The notes beneath the pieces were generated by a model. That model was not told where the DNA came from. It was given only the letters and a program-made list of their open reading frames with translations, and did not search any database. This document shows, piece after piece, positions 59,348 through 64,000 of a DNA stretch of 64,000 bases; within the stretch, counting starts at the first letter, position 1, and each line of letters starts with the position of its first letter. A program made the translations under genes and the position numbers. The stretch comes from Planctomycetota bacterium (GTDB taxonomy: Bacteria; Planctomycetota; UBA8742; UBA2392). The DNA is taken from assembly GCA_022071975.1 (NCBI GenBank), contig JAJVIO010000007.1, forward strand, positions 18,715-82,714, in the 5' to 3' direction.

Positions 59348-59973
59348 GAAAACGGCGCTTGCATCGCCCGCAAACCGTACACCCACGCAGCCTCTTCGAA
59401 GACGCATAGGTTTCTACACGAGTCTTGCAGTCAGCCGGCGCAGCCGGCGTCTCACTGGATAGCCCCCGGCGGTCGGCGCTGAGCGCAGCGAGGCGCCGAT
59501 AAGCCGGGGGGGTCTCGGCAGGCTCCTCCGAGCCGCGAAGCGGCGGCTCTCCCCCTCACCCTGCGCGTTCAACCGACTGAACGCAACGGCACAACGCCAG
59601 GACGCCGCAGAGCGCCACGGCCCATCCGTGGCTCGTACACCGCACGATTCAGCCGAGAGATTGACGCCGCGTCAGAAGCGACTCGTGGCGCTCTGTGCGC
59701 GCTGGCGTTGATTGCCGGGTAGCGTCGGTGAGAGTGCGCTGACTTGCGATTTCGCGATCGGCGACGCTTTGGAATGTCCCACCAGAGTCGCCGCTCCGCG
59801 GCTCTGGTGGCTCGACTACCTGCGACCCCCGGCTCCGCTCCCGCCTTCGCCAAGGCTTCGGCGGGCGGGTCGCTGCGCCGGGGGCTGACCAGAGAGACGC
59901 CGGCAAGCCGGCTGTCCACTGCACCTTTCGGAGTTGTCTGGAAACCCATGCGAAAACGTGGGGGCCTTACGCT
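59348..59973. repeat. 625-bp non-coding tandem series of about 10 GC-rich hairpins
   Basis: Examples: GCCGGC-gca-GCCGGC; AGCCCCCGGC..GCCGGGGG enclosing TCGGCGC..GCGCCGA; GCGTTCA-accgac-TGAACGC; CAACGCCAGG... 59592-59619 paired with 59684-59710 (same family as 13948-14057); CCACCAGAG..CTCTGGTGG. Confidence 0.8.
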
Positions 59974-60975
59974 CTACAGCCTCCGCACGCGTTCCGGGAT
60001 GTCGGGCACGTGTTCGAGCACCTTGGCGATCACTTCGTCGGGCTTGATGCCTTCCGCCTCGCCCTCGAAGTTCAGGATCAGCCGGTGCCGCAGCGCCGGG
60101 AAGGCGCATTCGCGGATGTCGTCCGCGCTCACGTTGTAGCGGCCGCGCGCGAGTGCCACCATCTTGGCGCCTTTGATGATCGCCTGGCCGCCACGCGGGC
60201 TGCTGCCCACGCGCACGAACTGCTTGACGATGCCGGCGGCCTCGGGGCTTTCCGGGTGGGTGGCCAGCACGATGCGCGCCACGTACTCGTTGAGGTGCTG
60301 GGCGATCGGCACCTGCTCGCTGAGCGCACGCATTTCCAGGATGCGCTTGCCGTCCACCACTTTGCCGGCGTGCTTCTTTTCGGAGCCGGTGGTGCCCTCG
60401 AAGATGCTGGCCAGCTCCGCCACGCTGGGGCTCTTGACGTCGAGCTTGAACATGAAACGGTCAAGCTGCGCCTCGGGCAGCGGGTAGGTCCCCTCCATCT
60501 CGATGGGGTTCTGGGTGGCCAGCACGAAGAATGGCTGCTGGAAGCGGAAGGTCTGGCCCGCGAACGTTACGCTGCCCTCCTGCATGGCCTCCAGCAGCGC
60601 GCTCTGGGTCTTGGGCGTGGCACGGTTGATCTCGTCGGCGAGGATGATGTTGCCGAAGATCGGCCCCTTCTGGAACTCGAAGCGCCGGCGGCCGTCCTCT
60701 TCGACCACGATGTTGGTGCCGGTGATGTCGGCCGGCATCAGGTCGGGTGTGAACTGGATGCGGCTGAAGGTAACCTCCACGGCGTCGGCGAGCGTGCGCA
60801 CGAGCATGGTCTTTCCCAGGCCGGGCACGCCCTCCAGCAGGATATGCCCGCCGGTGACGAAACCGATCAGGGTCTTGTCTACGATCTCCCCGTGGCCGAC
60901 AATCACCTTGCCGATTTCAGCCTTCAGCTTCACCACGGTTTCCGCGAACGCTTTTGCCTGCTGCTCGATGTCCAT
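59974..60975 (-). CDS. MoxR-family AAA+ ATPase
   Basis: GHILLEGVPGLGKT, ILADEINRATPKTQSALLEAMQE and ATQNPIE. Confidence 0.9.
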   Translation of the reverse strand: MDIEQQAKAFAETVVKLKAEIGKVIVGHGEIVDKTLIGFVTGGHILLEGVPGLGKTMLVRTLADAVEVTFSRIQFTPDLMPADITGTNIVVEEDGRRRFEFQKGPIFGNIILADEINRATPKTQSALLEAMQEGSVTFAGQTFRFQQPFFVLATQNPIEMEGTYPLPEAQLDRFMFKLDVKSPSVAELASIFEGTTGSEKKHAGKVVDGKRILEMRALSEQVPIAQHLNEYVARIVLATHPESPEAAGIVKQFVRVGSSPRGGQAIIKGAKMVALARGRYNVSADDIRECAFPALRHRLILNFEGEAEGIKPDEVIAKVLEHVPDIPERVRRL

Positions 60976-61111
60976 GCTCTTCTCCGGCCTGTGGGCGAAA
61001 TGATAGCCCGAGGCGGTGCGAAAGTGGACCGCCGCACGAGTTATTTCTCGCTTTGTAAGCCCTTAACGCCTTCTTTAACTATTAAGGTTACCTATTGCGC
61101 CAGAGAAACTG

Positions 61112-61780
61112 ATGCCAACACCTTCACATCACCTCGCCCGCGAACTGGAAGCGTTGAAACGCAACCTGCTGCACGTCGGCAAGCTGGCGCTGGAAGAACT
61201 GAGCAAAGCGCTGGAAGCCTGCCGCCTGCGCGCCCCGGAACTGGCCGCCGAGGTCACCGCCGCCGACAAGGTACTCGATGCGCGTGAAGTGCGCGTCGAG
61301 GAAGAATGCCTGCGCATCATCGCGCTGCATCAGCCCGTCGCCCAGGACCTTCGCTACGTGGCCAGCGCGCTCAAGATCAACCAGCTGATCGAGAACACCG
61401 GCGACACCGCCGTGAACATAGCCAAGCGCGCCAGTTTCCTGGCCTCGCGCCCGCCGCTGCCGGTCGAGGTTGACGTTGCCGGCACGGGCGCCCGCGCCGT
61501 GGAAATGTTCGACCGCGCACTGCAGGCCTTCGTGAACCTTGACGCCGCCGAGGCGCGGCGGGTGATCGAAATGGACAATGAAGTGGACATCGCATACCGC
61601 ACCGTCACCAGCAAGATGATCGAAGTGATGGAAAAACACAGCGACCAGGTGGAGGTCGCGCTCAACACCATGCACCTGGTGCGACACCTGGAGCGCGCGG
61701 CGGACCGCGCCACAGACATCGCGGAACAGGTTCTGTACATCCTGTCGGGGGACATCTCGAGACACACGGAACTGGAATGA
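61112..61780 (+). CDS. phoU: Phosphate signalling complex protein PhoU
   Basis: Duplicated three-helix repeats with DxxxD/ExxxD motifs (EECLRIIALHQPVAQDLR and ERAADRATDIAEQV). Confidence 0.85.
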   Translation: MPTPSHHLARELEALKRNLLHVGKLALEELSKALEACRLRAPELAAEVTAADKVLDAREVRVEEECLRIIALHQPVAQDLRYVASALKINQLIENTGDTAVNIAKRASFLASRPPLPVEVDVAGTGARAVEMFDRALQAFVNLDAAEARRVIEMDNEVDIAYRTVTSKMIEVMEKHSDQVEVALNTMHLVRHLERAADRATDIAEQVLYILSGDISRHTELE

Positions 61781-62466
61781 ACCAGCGCATCCTGATCATC
61801 GAAGACGAGCCGGACATCATCGAGGTCCTGAAGTACAACCTTGAAAAGAACCATTTCAGCGTGGCTTCGGCCGCCAGCGGCGAAGCGGGCCTGAAGGCGG
61901 CCGGCGAGCTGCTGCCCGACCTGGTGCTGCTGGACCTGATGCTGCCGGGCATCGACGGCCTCGAGGTCTGCCGCCGCCTTCGCGACGACCAGCGGACCCG
62001 CGACATCCCGGTCGTGATGCTGACGGCCAAGGGCACTGAATCCGACGTGGTGGTGGGCCTGACGCTGGGCGCTGACGACTACATCGTGAAACCATTCAAC
62101 ACCTCGGAGCTGATGGCCCGCATCAAGGCCGTGCTGCGCCGCACGGAGCCTCGCGAAGGCGAGGCGCAGGGCGAAATCCTGACGTCCGGCCCCCTGCGCG
62201 TGGACCTCAGCAAGCACGTGGCCAGCCTGGACGGCGCGCCCATCGAGCTGACGCTCAGCGAATTCAAGCTGCTGACCTTCCTGATGAAGAAAAAAGGCCG
62301 CGTCTTCACCCGCGACCAGCTTCTGGACGCGGTGGTGGGCCCCGATGTATTTGTCACGGCGCGCAACATAGACGTGCACGTAGCCGCCCTGCGCAAGAAG
62401 CTGGGTAAATACGGCGGCTGCATCATCACCGTGCGGGGAGTTGGCTATCGCTTTGAAGAGGCATAG
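61777..62466 (+). CDS. phoB: OmpR/PhoB-family response regulator
   Basis: ILIIEDEPDI, DLVLLDLMLPGIDG and MLTAKG. Winged-helix C-terminus (VRGVGYRF). Overlaps the phoU stop. Confidence 0.8.
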   Translation: MNQRILIIEDEPDIIEVLKYNLEKNHFSVASAASGEAGLKAAGELLPDLVLLDLMLPGIDGLEVCRRLRDDQRTRDIPVVMLTAKGTESDVVVGLTLGADDYIVKPFNTSELMARIKAVLRRTEPREGEAQGEILTSGPLRVDLSKHVASLDGAPIELTLSEFKLLTFLMKKKGRVFTRDQLLDAVVGPDVFVTARNIDVHVAALRKKLGKYGGCIITVRGVGYRFEEA

Positions 62467-64000
62467 CGTCTGGCGCAGCCGACTGTTCTGGCGCCTTGTC
62501 GCCATGAACGCCGCGGCCGTGGTTGCGTTTCTCATCATCACCAGCGCGTACCTTGAGCTCGAGCTTAAAGGCCTGCTGCTGCGGGAATCCGTGCGCGACC
62601 TCGAAACCCGCGCCTACCTTGTGCGCGACAACCTGAAGGACCTGCAGAGTCCGCAGCAGGCCGTGGCCCTGGCGGCCGAGAGCTCCGGCTCGCGGATCAC
62701 GCTGATCGAGCGCTCGGGCACGGTGCTCGCCGATTCGGAGGCGCTGGCGGGCGAGATGGAATCGCACCTCGACCGCCCCGAAGTCCGCCAGGCCCTTGAA
62801 GCGGGCGTAGGAACGGCGCAGCGGTTCAGTGAAACGCGGCGCACTGACTTCCTGTACGTTGCCGTCACCGAGCGGGGCGATGCGAACGCCCCCATCGTGC
62901 GCGTGGCGGTGCCGATGCAGGCGATCTCGACGCGGCTGAACGTGGTGCGCGGCACGCTGTACATCACGGTGGGAGTGTTGGCGCTGGTGGGGTTTGCGCT
63001 CAGCTTCGTGATGGCGACCTACATGGTGCGACCCATGGAGGCGATGCGAGACGCCGCCCAGAAAATCGCGCGCGGCGACTACGAAGTGAAGCTGGAGCTG
63101 GATCGGCGCGACGAATTCGGACAGCTCGTCGAGGCCTTCAACAGCATGGGCCACGAGCTGCGCAACCGCGTCGGCCAGCTTGAATCCAACCGTCGCGAAC
63201 TGGCCACCATCATGGACAACATGGCCGAGGGCCTGCTGCTCGTGGAGGCCGGCGGAAACGTCACCATGGCGAACCGCGCCGCCGCGGAGCTGCTGGGGGT
63301 GAAAGACCGCGAGCTGGTAGGCCGCGCACTCTGGGAAAGCGTGCGGCTGCCCGAAGTGGACGACCTGCTGGCCTCAATGGAGAAACTTGAAGAGCCGCGC
63401 CGCGTGTGGTTCGAGGACCGCACCCACGGCGCGCAGCGCCGTGTGCTGCAGGTGGTCGCCACGCCGCTGTTCGACACCGCCAACGGCAAGCAGCACGCCG
63501 TGCTGCTTGTCAGCGACGCGACCGAAGACCAGAAGCTGCTGGAAATGCGCCAGGATTTCGTTGCAAACGTCAGCCATGAGCTCAAGACGCCACTCACCAG
63601 CATCAGCGCCTACGTGGAAACCCTGCTGGACGGCGCGGCCGGCGACGAAAGCGTGCGCATCCCGTTCCTGCGCAAGATACAGGTCAACGCCACGCGGCTT
63701 TCGAAGCTGGTCTCGGACATCCTGAACCTCTCGCGCCTCGAAAGCGGCGTCGGCGACGAGTCGCGCCAGCAGCTTGACCTGAACGCGATGGCGCAGGCCT
63801 GCATCAACAAACACCGCGAGGCGGCCGAGGCCAAGGGCGTGCAGCTCAGCCTGCTGCGCGCGCCGCAGCCGGTGATCGCCCTGGTCAACGAAGAGGACAT
63901 GACCGAGGCCCTGGACAACCTGGTGGTGAACGCCATCAGCTACACGCCGCAGGGCGGCAAGGTGGAGGTCGCCGCGCGCCGCACGGACGCCGGCCTGCAG
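62453..64000 (+). CDS. phoR: PhoR-like sensor histidine kinase (TM, HAMP, PAS, HisKA); 3' end beyond the window
   Basis: Own translation in frame 2: ...RDEFGQLVEAFNSMGHELRNR (HAMP), MDNMAEGLLLV (PAS) and RQDFVANVSHELKTPLTSI (H-box). Start is TTG 62453 or ATG 62504. Absent from the ORF track because it is open-ended. Confidence 0.8.
   Translation, partial: MKRHSVWRSRLFWRLVAMNAAAVVAFLIITSAYLELELKGLLLRESVRDLETRAYLVRDNLKDLQSPQQAVALAAESSGSRITLIERSGTVLADSEALAGEMESHLDRPEVRQALEAGVGTAQRFSETRRTDFLYVAVTERGDANAPIVRVAVPMQAISTRLNVVRGTLYITVGVLALVGFALSFVMATYMVRPMEAMRDAAQKIARGDYEVKLELDRRDEFGQLVEAFNSMGHELRNRVGQLESNRRELATIMDNMAEGLLLVEAGGNVTMANRAAAELLGVKDRELVGRALWESVRLPEVDDLLASMEKLEEPRRVWFEDRTHGAQRRVLQVVATPLFDTANGKQHAVLLVSDATEDQKLLEMRQDFVANVSHELKTPLTSISAYVETLLDGAAGDESVRIPFLRKIQVNATRLSKLVSDILNLSRLESGVGDESRQQLDLNAMAQACINKHREAAEAKGVQLSLLRAPQPVIALVNEEDMTEALDNLVVNAISYTPQGGKVEVAARRTDAGLQ

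Overview
GC-rich bacterial chromosomal window (roughly mid-60s % GC by eye, not computed). I call about 57 protein-coding genes. I found no rRNA, tRNA, CRISPR array, transposase, integrase or phage genes. Gene content suggests a Planctomycetota/PVC-like organism: a 1463-aa Ser/Thr kinase-WD40-PDZ protein, a secreted PDZ plus prenyltransferase-repeat protein, a DUF1570-like HExxH protein, a SEC-C MetAP, a fused membrane/spermidine-synthase protein and K/E/P-rich secreted proteins. That placement is inference only. Most genes are housekeeping: nrdR, map, rsmJ, moaC, rnd, lolA, phoU-phoB-phoR, pheA plus chorismate mutase/DAHP synthase, a Na/Pi cotransporter and a T2SS/T4P-type ATPase. I could not identify a clear multi-gene novel protein machine such as a defence island or BGC. 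The non-trivial signals are as follows. (1) A candidate leader-peptide attenuator sits directly upstream of the pheA-CM/DAHPS operon: promoter, 24-codon Phe/Tyr-rich ORF and intrinsic terminator. The PheA here lacks an ACT domain. (2) Nearly every intergenic space is packed with GC-rich perfect hairpins. Several sequence families recur in the window and carry a 5' GTAGG head, as REP/REPIN elements do, and the head often supplies the TAG stop codon of the adjacent gene. (3) Five intergenic regions of 0.3-0.7 kb are hairpin forests. Some have mirror-ordered nested inverted repeats and share modules with each other. (4) TAG is the most frequent stop codon on my gene calls (28 of 56). (5) A small ORF and a Ser/Thr kinase are separated by a single in-frame TAG. 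(6) An Mla/MCE-like module has a fused ATPase-permease and lies next to an ECF sigma/anti-sigma pair. All functional calls come from reading motifs in the translations. No database search was possible.
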